Virus record (IMG/VR): IMGVR_UViG_2671180473_000007 | DNA from: a virus | Lineage: Duplodnaviria > Heunggongvirae > Uroviricota > Caudoviricetes | Strand: one strand, 5' to 3' | DNA length: 43,998 bases | Shown: piece after piece, positions 35,116-43,692 of the stretch | How the letters are laid out: each line of letters begins with the position of its first letter | Numbering within the stretch: the stretch's first letter is position 1 | Program-made: the position numbers and the translations under genes | Notes under the pieces: generated by a model | Told to the model about the DNA's origin: nothing | The model's input: the letters and a program-made list of their open reading frames with translations, nothing else | The model's database searches: none

Positions 35116-35440
35116 TATGTATCCCCTGTAATTCCGGCAAGGCCGAAAGATGGCACCAGTGCGTCACCTGTCCGTCCTCATCTTCAAGGCAGGCTCCGGT
35201 TTCTTCATCAATAAAAAAGCCTTCATACCCCATATGGCCGATGCGCAGTTCCTGTTGGTCACCATACTGAACAATCAGCACGACAGCCTCCATATCAGGC
35301 GGAAATGCGTCATCCAGTGAATGCCAGGGATAACCGCGCAAATCCCCGAAATAAACGCCGGTCAGCGTTCCGCCACAGAGCGGCATTCCGGCGGCACACA
35401 CAAGAGGTTCATCTGATTCAACAAATAAGGTCGTTATCAT
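35108..35440 (-). CDS. Hypothetical protein (110 aa)
   Basis: ORF in operon context, translationally coupled to the downstream small ORF. Confidence 0.5.
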   Translation of the reverse strand: MITTLFVESDEPLVCAAGMPLCGGTLTGVYFGDLRGYPWHSLDDAFPPDMEAVVLIVQYGDQQELRIGHMGYEGFFIDEETGACLEDEDGQVTHWCHLSALPELQGIHNG

Positions 35441-35988
35441 GGCGTTAACTCCCGTAATACAGCGTCCTCGGCAGTCCGGCGACGGTAATAAACTGCGTGA
35501 GCAGAATGTTCAGATATTCCAAACTTTTCGCCAATTTCCCGGAATGACAGACGGCGTGGGTAATCGGAATCACGCAGCTCACGTATAAGACGTACATCAT
35601 CATCAGATATGCGCGTGCCGGGGCGTAACTCTCCGCACTTTGTTAATCCAGCACCAATCATTCCTGCCCGACATCTGACAGAATCTTTATTACGTCCGAG
35701 ATATTCTCCCATTTGCTGGCAGGTCATTGTTCTGGCATTTTTTCGAATAAACTTATCTTCATCAGGTGTAAATCTTGGGTGTTTATATTTCAGTAACTCC
35801 GGGTATGAACTGCGCAATACACCAGTCCGGTTATATACAGCCCAGACAGTTCTTTTTATTCTGGCAGCAATATCCTTAACCGGGGTGGATGAATAAAGCG
35901 CAATCAGCAGCGCATCTTCTTCAGGTGTCCACGGACGGACATGAGCGGGGGCGCGACCTTTTAGTCCCATGGGTTGTAATTTCATCAT
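35437..35988 (-). CDS. Putative DNA-binding protein with C-terminal HTH
   Basis: 183-aa ORF; two W/FTPEED-like repeats and C-terminal LSFREIGEKFGISEHSAHAVYYRRR resembling an HTH. Confidence 0.45.
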   Translation of the reverse strand: MMKLQPMGLKGRAPAHVRPWTPEEDALLIALYSSTPVKDIAARIKRTVWAVYNRTGVLRSSYPELLKYKHPRFTPDEDKFIRKNARTMTCQQMGEYLGRNKDSVRCRAGMIGAGLTKCGELRPGTRISDDDVRLIRELRDSDYPRRLSFREIGEKFGISEHSAHAVYYRRRTAEDAVLRELTP

Positions 35989-35991
35989 GCA

Positions 35992-36507
35992 TCACCCCCT
36001 GACTCGCTTTTCAGCAGCATAAAACTCATCAGACAGTATTTCGGTCATTTTCTGTTTTGCGGGTTTTACGCCGCACTGAAGGTAAATCACATCGTCAACG
36101 CAGAACCACTTCACAGGGCCAAACAGGATTGCCGAGAAATCAATACCCAACCAGAACAACAGCGCATCGGTTCTGGCATACGTGACGGGCGAATATTCAC
36201 GCCACAGACTGTTCAGTTCATCAGAGGCAACACGCAGGGTTTTAGGGATACGTGATGTGCGCGGTGTGCAGCTCCAGCCATTCGACGCAGTCGGTTTTCG
36301 CCATAAGTCGCGATGAAAAGGATATTTGTCCTCCGTAAAACGCAGTCCCTTAAAGTAAAATCCACTGATACCGGATACAAATACCGACCGGCACGCAACA
36401 TTCAGCACGGCCTCAAGGCGTTTTGCCTCATCCTTAACTTTCTGGCAGTCCTGCTGGTATTTTTGCCACGCAGCCAGCGCGGAAGGGTTTGATGTTTTAA
36501 AGAACAT
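35992..36507 (-). CDS. Hypothetical protein (171 aa)
   Basis: ORF in the early-region operon; no recognisable motif. Confidence 0.45.
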   Translation of the reverse strand: MFFKTSNPSALAAWQKYQQDCQKVKDEAKRLEAVLNVACRSVFVSGISGFYFKGLRFTEDKYPFHRDLWRKPTASNGWSCTPRTSRIPKTLRVASDELNSLWREYSPVTYARTDALLFWLGIDFSAILFGPVKWFCVDDVIYLQCGVKPAKQKMTEILSDEFYAAEKRVRG

Positions 36508-37040
36508 TACGCCACCTCCGCAGATATCCCGGCAGGCGCTGCTGTCCGGTCAACAATCAGGTAGCGCAGAACATGTTCAGTGATATTCCAGCCGCTTAAA
36601 CCGCAGATAATGACGCCCAGGCGTATGTCGATATACGCCATCACAAACTGGGGCACGCCTTCTTTCATGGCCTGCTCATCAACTTCAGCCACCACATAAA
36701 CGGTTTCACAGGTCAGAACGCCCTGAGCAAATTCCCACGCCATCGACGGAATATCATGCCCCTCAATCCATGGCAGGGATTTTCTGAAGCCGCACCACTG
36801 AACATCATCAGCCGCAGATTCCTGGCTGCATTTGCGACGAACCGGCTGCACCGGGCGGGGACGCGGAATATCATAAAAACCGTTACATTCCGTCAGCACG
36901 CCTGCATCAACCGCATCACGCAGAAAATAAACCATGGAGGATGGCGGCATATTCATTTTTTCAGCCAGTACACCGCAGGTCAGGCGGCCATAAATACACA
37001 GCCAGTTTTTAACCCCTTCAAGCACTTTTGCATCAATCAT
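36507..37040 (-). CDS. Hypothetical protein (177 aa)
   Basis: ORF in the early-region operon; no recognisable motif. Confidence 0.45.
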   Translation of the reverse strand: MIDAKVLEGVKNWLCIYGRLTCGVLAEKMNMPPSSMVYFLRDAVDAGVLTECNGFYDIPRPRPVQPVRRKCSQESAADDVQWCGFRKSLPWIEGHDIPSMAWEFAQGVLTCETVYVVAEVDEQAMKEGVPQFVMAYIDIRLGVIICGLSGWNITEHVLRYLIVDRTAAPAGISAEVA

Positions 37041-37185
37041 GATTTATTTCCCCACCACATTATTAATGACGATATAAACGTATTTCATATTTCTTAACCC
37101 TTATTTTCTGTTTTCAGGCGCAAGCAGTCCCCTGACGCGAGCGCCATAATTAAAATGAAGTGATATTTAATTGATTAATGCGGTG

Positions 37186-37716
37186 TTATTTATTCAGTCC
37201 GGCGTCCTGTTCAAAAGGCTCGACATAAAAACTTTCAGCGCCTTTATTCACCTTGATACCGGCAATGCCTTTCACAGCATCCGGCTCCGCCAGGACGGCT
37301 TCCTTGTTCACTTCCTCTTTCGTGCGGATGAAACGCTCAAGCCCCATACGGCGCAGCATTTCAATCACACCTTCCACATCACGGCTGACGCTGCATGATG
37401 GCGTTCCCAGCCGCCATGACACCGTTCCGGTGGTCAGATTGGCTGTTTTGGTTTTGCCGCCGTTCGTCAGCTCATCACGGTTGGTTTTGCACCAGTCCTG
37501 AATCCCTTTAAAAAGCACTTTGATTTGCTTTTTAAGATTTTCAATCTGCGGCGTATAACGGGCGGTGATTTCTGCCACTTCGTCATTCATCGCCGTTTCC
37601 AGGCGCAGCGCCTCTCGCTGAATATCTCCCAGGGTGCGGATATCACGGCTGACTTCTTCCCGGGTCTGCGGTGCCGCCTCGGCTGCGGCCTTTAATTTTG
37701 TAACGCGTTTAGCCAT
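37186..37716 (-). CDS. gam: Host-nuclease inhibitor Gam (Ku-like DNA-end binding protein)
   Basis: 176-aa ORF ...DIRTLGDIQREALRLETAMNDEVAEITARY...NRDELTNGGKTKTANLTTGTVSWR..., closely parallel to Mu Gam as I recall it. Confidence 0.85.
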   Translation of the reverse strand: MAKRVTKLKAAAEAAPQTREEVSRDIRTLGDIQREALRLETAMNDEVAEITARYTPQIENLKKQIKVLFKGIQDWCKTNRDELTNGGKTKTANLTTGTVSWRLGTPSCSVSRDVEGVIEMLRRMGLERFIRTKEEVNKEAVLAEPDAVKGIAGIKVNKGAESFYVEPFEQDAGLNK

Positions 37717-37727
37717 TTTGTTTTTCC

Positions 37728-38021
37728 TTATTGCAGTGTGCCTGATGCTTTATGCACGCGGTGGCGTTTAATGATGGCATCCGCTCCAAAAGACTGTGCA
37801 GATGCCTGAAATTCCGCTGAGAGAAACTGAATAATTGCAGGACTGTGATACTGGAGAATACTTGCATAAACGTCACAGAGTGACGTCGGCCTGTTATCCG
37901 TATCACGTTCTGTTTTCACATCCACTCCAATCTTTTCATGCACTTCAACACAGTCATTGCCTGCCAACTTTTCGTCATGCGAAACATGATTAAATTCAAA
38001 AATAACGCGTACTTTGCTCAT
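37728..38021 (-). CDS. Hypothetical small protein, paralogue A
   Basis: ORF track 37728..38048 trimmed to MSKVRVIFEFNHV...; N-terminus parallels the adjacent ORF (MSKVVRIIFEYKED...). Confidence 0.45.
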   Translation of the reverse strand: MSKVRVIFEFNHVSHDEKLAGNDCVEVHEKIGVDVKTERDTDNRPTSLCDVYASILQYHSPAIIQFLSAEFQASAQSFGADAIIKRHRVHKASGTLQ

Positions 38022-38025
38022 GGAA

Positions 38026-38298
38026 TTACCCCTGTTGATTAAATTCATTACCGTTAATAACCCCGGAAGCCATGCCTCTGTCTTTCATGAATGCACTGGC
38101 TTTCATTGCCACAAACTCTGCGAAGTTTCTGCTTTCTGCCAGCATAACCACCCCAAAAATCATGGCGGGTCCATTATCTTTCTTCTTTATTCCGGTTGAA
38201 CGTATATCCAGACTTACCCCTCTGTGCGTGCTGCCATCAGAGTTTTTGCAGATAACATCTTCCTTGTATTCGAAAATAATGCGTACGACTTTACTCAT
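38026..38298 (-). CDS. Hypothetical small protein, paralogue B
   Basis: 90-aa ORF with N-terminus similar to the downstream neighbour. Confidence 0.45.
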   Translation of the reverse strand: MSKVVRIIFEYKEDVICKNSDGSTHRGVSLDIRSTGIKKKDNGPAMIFGVVMLAESRNFAEFVAMKASAFMKDRGMASGVINGNEFNQQG

Positions 38299-38576
38299 CC
38301 TCTGGTCCTCGTTCTGTTTGGATAACTGACCCGGCGTCTAACCTCACGGCAGAACCGAATCATGGCATTAAAGGCTTCTTCCTCCGTCACCGCTTCCGGT
38401 ATCCCCGGAACCAGTAACTGCTCCTGTTCATCACGTCCATGACGCGCCATAACCTCAATCACATGCCGTACCGTGGCAGGCTTTCCGGCAACTATCGGCA
38501 ATGCACCTTCCGGCAGGACGTAACCAAACTCAATAAGACCACTCGACCACGCCCATGCAATGAGATTTTTTTTCAC
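38295..38576 (-). CDS. Hypothetical protein (93 aa)
   Basis: ORF in the early operon; no recognisable motif. Confidence 0.4.
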   Translation of the reverse strand: MKKNLIAWAWSSGLIEFGYVLPEGALPIVAGKPATVRHVIEVMARHGRDEQEQLLVPGIPEAVTEEEAFNAMIRFCREVRRRVSYPNRTRTRG

Positions 38577-38577
38577 C

Positions 38578-38844
38578 TCACACCTCCCAGTAAACCGTGC
38601 AGCCGCTGATGCGGGTGGCCTTCACACGGCGGCGCAGGCCGTTGGTCTGTATGGTGATTTCAATTTCACCGGTTCCCTGCACGTTGCCTACCGGCGGCGT
38701 GGTTTTCAGTGCAAAACGTTGCGGATAGCGCTTACTGCGTTCCAGTACCGCACCGGCAAGTTCGGTCAGACGGCGCGCGCTGTTCAGGGAGTCGAATAAA
38801 TTCATTTTGTTACCGCAGGATTGCATATTCATATAACACCTCAT
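38578..38844 (-). CDS. Hypothetical protein (start uncertain; several in-frame Met)
   Basis: ORF in the early operon. Confidence 0.4.
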   Translation of the reverse strand: MRCYMNMQSCGNKMNLFDSLNSARRLTELAGAVLERSKRYPQRFALKTTPPVGNVQGTGEIEITIQTNGLRRRVKATRISGCTVYWEV

Positions 38845-39072
38845 TTAGCTGACTTGTTTCGCACCAACAGAACGGCATATTCCGCTGTAAACTTCTGTCG
38901 CACCTTCGCGATCAAGTCCGGCAGATATCACCATTCGTGTGCGGTCATTAAATTCAAAAAGTAAATCGCCACATTCTTTATTTTCGGCCAGTGAAATCAC
39001 CTTCACGTTATCGAAATTAACCAGGTAAAAGCGTCCGTAAATATCAGGAATATTAAATACCGCCATAATCAC
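38845..39072 (-). CDS. Hypothetical small protein immediately downstream of B (Mu kil position)
   Basis: 75-aa ORF whose start overlaps the B stop (GTGA). Confidence 0.4.
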   Translation of the reverse strand: MIMAVFNIPDIYGRFYLVNFDNVKVISLAENKECGDLLFEFNDRTRMVISAGLDREGATEVYSGICRSVGAKQVS

Positions 39073-40010
39073 ACCTGTGAGAGTAATTCAGGGTTGGTAT
39101 AAACCTCTTTAAAGGCCGCATTAATATGTTTTTCTGTCAGCGCCGCGCCTTCACCGCTGGCGGTGAGCCACGCCTGGTTAAGCGTATGTGTCAGAACGCG
39201 TAACGCTCCCGGCTTTTCAGCGATAGCCTGCATGACGGCCAGCTCGGCCTCACCACTGATCCCCCACGCCATGGCAATGGCCAGCACATCCGCCTTTTTG
39301 GCCTTGCGAAGTTGTTTTGTACGGGCAAGACGGCTGAACAGGCGCGATAAATCATCAAAGGCGCGGCGTCCACCTTTAAACAATCCGCGCGGGTTACCAA
39401 TAAGCACCATCCCGATCCCCGTGGCGTCCTGAATTGCCCGGAGTTGCTCCAGACCGTCAATACCAAGATGATCCGCCTCATCCACAATCACCAGTCCACG
39501 CGTTCCCATCAGGCGACGGCGGATGGCGCGGGATAATGCCCCTTTGTTCGCGCGGGTGTAATCAATCCCCAGCGCATCGGCCAGCTCCAGCAGACACTCC
39601 GTGACGCTGGAGTGCGCGGGTGACAGGGTGATCATCCAGGTGTTTGGTTGCTCCTGGCAGTAATTACGGGCAGTGGCCGTTTTACCCACACCCGGTACGC
39701 CCACAATAACGTTAATACAGCCCATCAGGCGAACCGCCTGAAACAGTGCGCGCAGCTCCTGGACTGTCTGAGTTTCCACAAACTGCGGCGGTTCCGGCAG
39801 TGCGCTTTGTTTATTCCAGTTCTCATACCAGGAGCGCAGGGAAGCAGCCACAGCAGCGTTATCGCCTTTATATTTTCCCTTACGGAAAGCCGATAATGTG
39901 CCGTCGGAAATTCCCGCCTCTCTGGCGATGGCATACTGCGTCAGTACGCCGCCATCAATAAGTTCATCAATGGTCTTGATTACATCGTTAATATCGGTCA
40001 TATTATTCAC
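39069..40010 (-). CDS. Transposition ATPase B (MuB-like, AAA+)
   Basis: 313-aa ORF with Walker A VIVGVPGVGKTATARNY and Walker B-like LVIVDEADHL, directly downstream of the transposase gene. Confidence 0.88.
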   Translation of the reverse strand: MNNMTDINDVIKTIDELIDGGVLTQYAIAREAGISDGTLSAFRKGKYKGDNAAVAASLRSWYENWNKQSALPEPPQFVETQTVQELRALFQAVRLMGCINVIVGVPGVGKTATARNYCQEQPNTWMITLSPAHSSVTECLLELADALGIDYTRANKGALSRAIRRRLMGTRGLVIVDEADHLGIDGLEQLRAIQDATGIGMVLIGNPRGLFKGGRRAFDDLSRLFSRLARTKQLRKAKKADVLAIAMAWGISGEAELAVMQAIAEKPGALRVLTHTLNQAWLTASGEGAALTEKHINAAFKEVYTNPELLSQV

Positions 40011-40083
40011 CTCGCTTGAGACAGCATTCTCCGAGACTGAAACCTCAAATAACCTGAGTCACCCCTCGGGTTATTTTTTTATT

Positions 40084-42171
40084 TCAGGCCAGCGGATCAC
40101 TTTCTTTTAATTTCGCTTCGAGCAGTTGCAATCCCCGCTGGAAATTACGCTCGTATTCTTCATCAGGTTCATCGTCAGCGACCGGTTGCTGAACGGTCAC
40201 CGTATTACCCACAGGGCGGTATATGTTTTCCAGCCAGGGCTCCTGCGGCTTGTGCTCCAGCACGTTGACAACCTCATCCTCGGCATCACGGATTTTTTCC
40301 TCTGCGCGTTTACGCATGCCTTTAAGGCGCTGCTGCTGTTTGTAGTATTCCGCGCTGACAGGGAAGGCTTCGCGTTTATTGCCGTCCCATACCGCCTCGC
40401 AAATCACGCTGCCATCCGGGCGGCGCACGGTAATTCGTTCGGCATCATGAATGTCATAGCTGATAAGTACCTTACGGCCATGCTCGTCACGCAGCTCGGG
40501 CGCGTAGTAAATATTATTCAGCCAGCGTATTTCACAGCGTCTTACAGGGCGCTCCACCATCGGCCGGAACATATCCCGCAGTTCAACATCGGACAGCCAT
40601 TCAATTTCCGTGTCCTCTTCCGCCAGGCGTTTTTTTCTGAACTCCGCCGGGCTGTAATGTTTACCGTTCGGCTTCATGGGTAATTCATCGTGCGGCCGGT
40701 TGTTGTACCACTCAACACCGTCACGAATGGCATCAATCAGTTCAGACCAGGACGGTAAATCACGCATCGCTGACTGCTGCCGGGCGTTCAGCCGTTTGCC
40801 CTGTTGCAGGGCACTGAATGCCGAGCGTAAATCGCGGTTGGTTTTACGTAACGTCTCGCGATCTGCTCCTTTCCCGAAATAGGTGCGGTATTTACGGGCT
40901 ATGCGCATCGGTAATGTGCGGTTAAGCCGTTCGATAATGCCCCGTCCCTGCGGATTACCGGCAATCCCTGTCGGGTGATTAATCCCCAGTCGTGGCAGTA
41001 TCCCCACAATCTCCTTATCCAGGACGTCGGCGGTTTCCCCGGAGCCATTATCCGAGTAATACAGAAACGGTTTGCCATGATGGCGAATACCGTGCTGTAT
41101 GGCACCGGCTACGGCGAAAACATTTTCAGCCAGGTCAAGGCTCCAGCCCACCACAAAGCGCGTGCCACCGTCGATAACAAAGGTCACTTCCGGTGCGAAT
41201 GGCCGCCCGTGAACCGGGTGCGCGCATTTCAGCTTCATGCCGTGACCGTCACCAATCCAGACATAATTCACCGGCATTCTGGACCAGTCGCGGCGCGTGA
41301 ATCCCTCAAGCTGACGGTATTCACTGCCAGTTACCCGGCCTTTTTGTTTCACCACTTCCGGCAGTTTCTTCATTGCGCGGCGAATGGTGTCATAAGAGGG
41401 CATGATATCGAGCATATAAGGCTCATCAGCGTGCCGGTGCTGCCATTCAGCAACAAAATCCTCGTAAGCCTCGGTCATTGGTCGGCCGTTTGACTGGCGA
41501 TACTGCGCCAGAAATTCGGGCAGCCAGTTAATATCTTCGGCTTTTATTTCCTGGCGTTTACCCGGTGCCAGTAAAAGCAGGCGTTCAGCGGCGTTCTGTG
41601 CCTTGTTAAAGGCCGCAATCCAGCGTTTCAGCGTGATTTCACTCAACGCGCGGCTGTTTCCCTTTTTGGCGTTCGCCGTCTCAACCATTGCCACAATGCG
41701 CTCGTCCAGTTGTGATCGTGCCAGGCTGTTAACGAGGAACCGGATAGCTTTAGCGCAGCTGAAACCGGGTTGTTGCGTGAATTTCAGCACCTCACTGACG
41801 ATCGCAATGCGTGCGTCTGCCACCTGGCGCTGGTTTTCAGTCAGGGCATTGAGGCGTTCGACCATCAGTTGTGGTGATCCGCGATATGCCTCCACCGCAT
41901 CAACCACGGCAGACGAGCGTCTGGCCTTTGTCACCACCGGAGCCGGTGATTCATCGGCTTTTTGCGTCATCAGTTGCAGGGCATAACGTTCGCGTAATGC
42001 CTGCTGTGTCACTTCAGGTAAACAGTCAATGCTGTATTCAAAACCTTTAGCGCCTTTCTTGCGGCGTCTGCTGGTTTCGCTGGTTGCATACTTCCTGATT
42101 GAATAGCGAACGCCTTGCTCCGTTCCCGGCATCCCCGGTAATCCAACCAGTTCTTTAACTGAAGCAAACAT
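40084..42171 (-). CDS. Mu-like DDE transposase (MuA family)
   Basis: 695-aa ORF; N-terminal end-binding domain resembling MuA as I recall it, central integrase-type catalytic core, followed by the B gene. Confidence 0.9.
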   Translation of the reverse strand: MFASVKELVGLPGMPGTEQGVRYSIRKYATSETSRRRKKGAKGFEYSIDCLPEVTQQALRERYALQLMTQKADESPAPVVTKARRSSAVVDAVEAYRGSPQLMVERLNALTENQRQVADARIAIVSEVLKFTQQPGFSCAKAIRFLVNSLARSQLDERIVAMVETANAKKGNSRALSEITLKRWIAAFNKAQNAAERLLLLAPGKRQEIKAEDINWLPEFLAQYRQSNGRPMTEAYEDFVAEWQHRHADEPYMLDIMPSYDTIRRAMKKLPEVVKQKGRVTGSEYRQLEGFTRRDWSRMPVNYVWIGDGHGMKLKCAHPVHGRPFAPEVTFVIDGGTRFVVGWSLDLAENVFAVAGAIQHGIRHHGKPFLYYSDNGSGETADVLDKEIVGILPRLGINHPTGIAGNPQGRGIIERLNRTLPMRIARKYRTYFGKGADRETLRKTNRDLRSAFSALQQGKRLNARQQSAMRDLPSWSELIDAIRDGVEWYNNRPHDELPMKPNGKHYSPAEFRKKRLAEEDTEIEWLSDVELRDMFRPMVERPVRRCEIRWLNNIYYAPELRDEHGRKVLISYDIHDAERITVRRPDGSVICEAVWDGNKREAFPVSAEYYKQQQRLKGMRKRAEEKIRDAEDEVVNVLEHKPQEPWLENIYRPVGNTVTVQQPVADDEPDEEYERNFQRGLQLLEAKLKESDPLA

Positions 42172-42173
42172 AA

Positions 42174-42404
42174 TTACGCGACCTTACGAATGTAGCGGCT
42201 GGGCCAAATCTCCTCGGGCGGCACCCCCAGGCATTCCGCGATAATCCCCTCATACTTGGGAACATGGCGGTATACCGCGTTGTACAGATTGTTCTGACCC
42301 ACGCCAGCTTTACGGGCCAGCGCCCTCATGCTTCCTTCTCTGGCTCTGACTTCCCCCAAAATTCTTTGAGGATGCCAATCAGGCTTAACTTCATTTCTCG
42401 CCAT
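42174..42404 (-). CDS. ner: Ner-like DNA-binding regulator
   Basis: 76-aa ORF with HTH and C-terminal ...EEIWPSRY motif as in Mu Ner; immediately upstream of the transposase and divergent from the repressor. Confidence 0.85.
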   Translation of the reverse strand: MARNEVKPDWHPQRILGEVRAREGSMRALARKAGVGQNNLYNAVYRHVPKYEGIIAECLGVPPEEIWPSRYIRKVA

Positions 42405-42589
42405 GATTCATCTATCCTAAAAAGTTACGAAATTTGATAACTAAACTTAGTTATCAAGTTTGATATAAGTATTGATCCACTTCTGCTTCATGTAAAGCAA
42501 AAAAAACATCTTTCTTTTGTCTATTGTGGATCAATGGTTGCTGACAACACTAAAAGTTAATAATTTCAAATTGATAGGAAGAAAAGAAA
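42405..42589. promoter_or_regulatory. Divergent repressor/ner control region with palindromic operator candidates
   Basis: GATAACTAA-ac-TTAGTTATC (42433-42452, perfect 9-bp arms) and inverted pair ATTGATCCAC (42469-42478) / GTGGATCAAT (42524-42533). Confidence 0.5.
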
Positions 42590-43135
42590 ATGAACAAGCA
42601 AACAACAACATCTCTTTCTTTTCCTGGTGGTAGAAAAGAAAGCATTGCTGAGCGTCTGAAAAGGCTGATTGGCTCCCGCAGCGTCAGAGCTGCAGCAAGA
42701 GATTGGGGGCTTTCATTTTCAACACTAAACAATTATCTGTCTCGTGGCACTGAGCCATCCTTAAGTGTCGCCCTTCAGATTGCGTCTATCGAAGGAGTAA
42801 GTGTTGAGTGGCTATGTGGATTCAGTGATGCATCACAAGTGAATCGGTGTGAGATCAAGGAAAATCAAGATGAAAGCAAGAAGATAATTATGACGATTAT
42901 CAGCGCACTTGATGAAAAAGACTTAGAGCAGCTATCGAAAAATTTGGTTCTGAATGGAGCCAAGTACTTAGCTCGGTTGTTAGAGCCTGAAAATCAAGAT
43001 CTAATCCGCTTAGAAGGAAGGAAAAGAATAGCTGCATTACAGCTTGAAGGTATGTCTGACGAACGCGTCAGAGAGATTTTGGAAGAAACTGAGAGAAGTC
43101 GCAAATCTAACGCGGTAGAACCAAAAGCGGGTTAA
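42590..43135 (+). CDS. Putative prophage repressor (Mu c position; HTH_XRE-type N-terminus)
   Basis: 181-aa ORF with AGGAAG RBS, divergent from ner and nearest the phage end; N-terminal ERLKRLIGSRSVRAAARDWGLSFSTLNNYLSRGTEPSLSVALQIASIEGVSVEWL resembles a Cro/CI-type HTH. Confidence 0.65.
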   Translation: MNKQTTTSLSFPGGRKESIAERLKRLIGSRSVRAAARDWGLSFSTLNNYLSRGTEPSLSVALQIASIEGVSVEWLCGFSDASQVNRCEIKENQDESKKIIMTIISALDEKDLEQLSKNLVLNGAKYLARLLEPENQDLIRLEGRKRIAALQLEGMSDERVREILEETERSRKSNAVEPKAG

Positions 43136-43207
43136 TAGCATTAGCCCGCATTTTGCACTATATCGAGTATTTCGCATTGTTTGGAACGCCTTAAAAGACT
43201 AAAACCA

Positions 43208-43371
43208 CAGTATCAAATGAGTTGCCGATTTTATAATAAATGACTAATTATTGCACAATCGGTATCAAATAGACCTTATCCGCACATCTAGCCATCACCT
43301 GTTTTATTTCAGTATCTTACAGGTGATTTCACCTCCTTTCACTAAACCCCTTGTCGGTATCAAATGATTCA
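43208..43371 (-). repeat. Repressor-proximal (attL-like) end: three spaced ATTTGATACCG-type repeats; phage terminus ...GATTCA at 43371
   Basis: Reverse-complement motif copies at 43354-43365, 43259-43270 and 43208-43219 (variant); wide spacing resembles Mu L1-L3. Confidence 0.6.
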
Positions 43372-43692
43372 CCTGGTTATATGTCGCCAGTCGATACCTT
43401 CCAGCAGCATCGCCAGCTGCGCCTGTGTAAGGAACACTTTGCCATCACGGGCTGACGGCCAGGCGAAGCGCCCACGCTCCAGCCGTTTGGTCAGGAGGCA
43501 CAGTCCGTCACTGGTGGACCACAGCAGTTTAACCTGACTGCCGCTGCGGCCCCGGAAAATGAAAACATGGCCGGACATGGGATCGTCTTTCAGCGCCGTC
43601 TGTACTTTCGCAGCCAGGCCGTTGAAGCCATTTCTCATATCGGTGATACCGGCAACCAGCCAAATTTTGATCCCGGAAGGTAACGGGATCAT
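43369..43692 (-). CDS. IS66-family TnpB (Orf2)
   Basis: 107-aa ORF with WLVAGITDMRNGFNGLAAKV...GHVFIFRGRSGSQVKLLWSTSDGLCLLTKRLERGRF, characteristic of IS66 Orf2; its stop abuts the phage terminus. Confidence 0.8.
   Translation of the reverse strand: MIPLPSGIKIWLVAGITDMRNGFNGLAAKVQTALKDDPMSGHVFIFRGRSGSQVKLLWSTSDGLCLLTKRLERGRFAWPSARDGKVFLTQAQLAMLLEGIDWRHITR

Larger units (their letters stand above)
4745..43371 (-). mobile_element. Mu-like transposable prophage (~38.6 kb), inverted relative to window
   Basis: Mu-type gene order read right to left: repressor, ner, transposase A, B, early small genes, gam, gemA, Mor/C, lysis, terminase, portal, F, G, I, capsid, sheath, tube, tape measure, baseplate, tail fibre, invertible segment, gin, cargo, com-mom. 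Both ends carry repeated ATTTGATACCG motifs in inverted orientation. Right terminus ends ...gattca at 43371; left terminus approximate. Confidence 0.85.

Noticed and set aside
42550-42732. 60-aa minus-strand ORF overlapping the repressor gene start
   Set aside because: Antisense to the well-supported repressor ORF and its RBS; no independent support.
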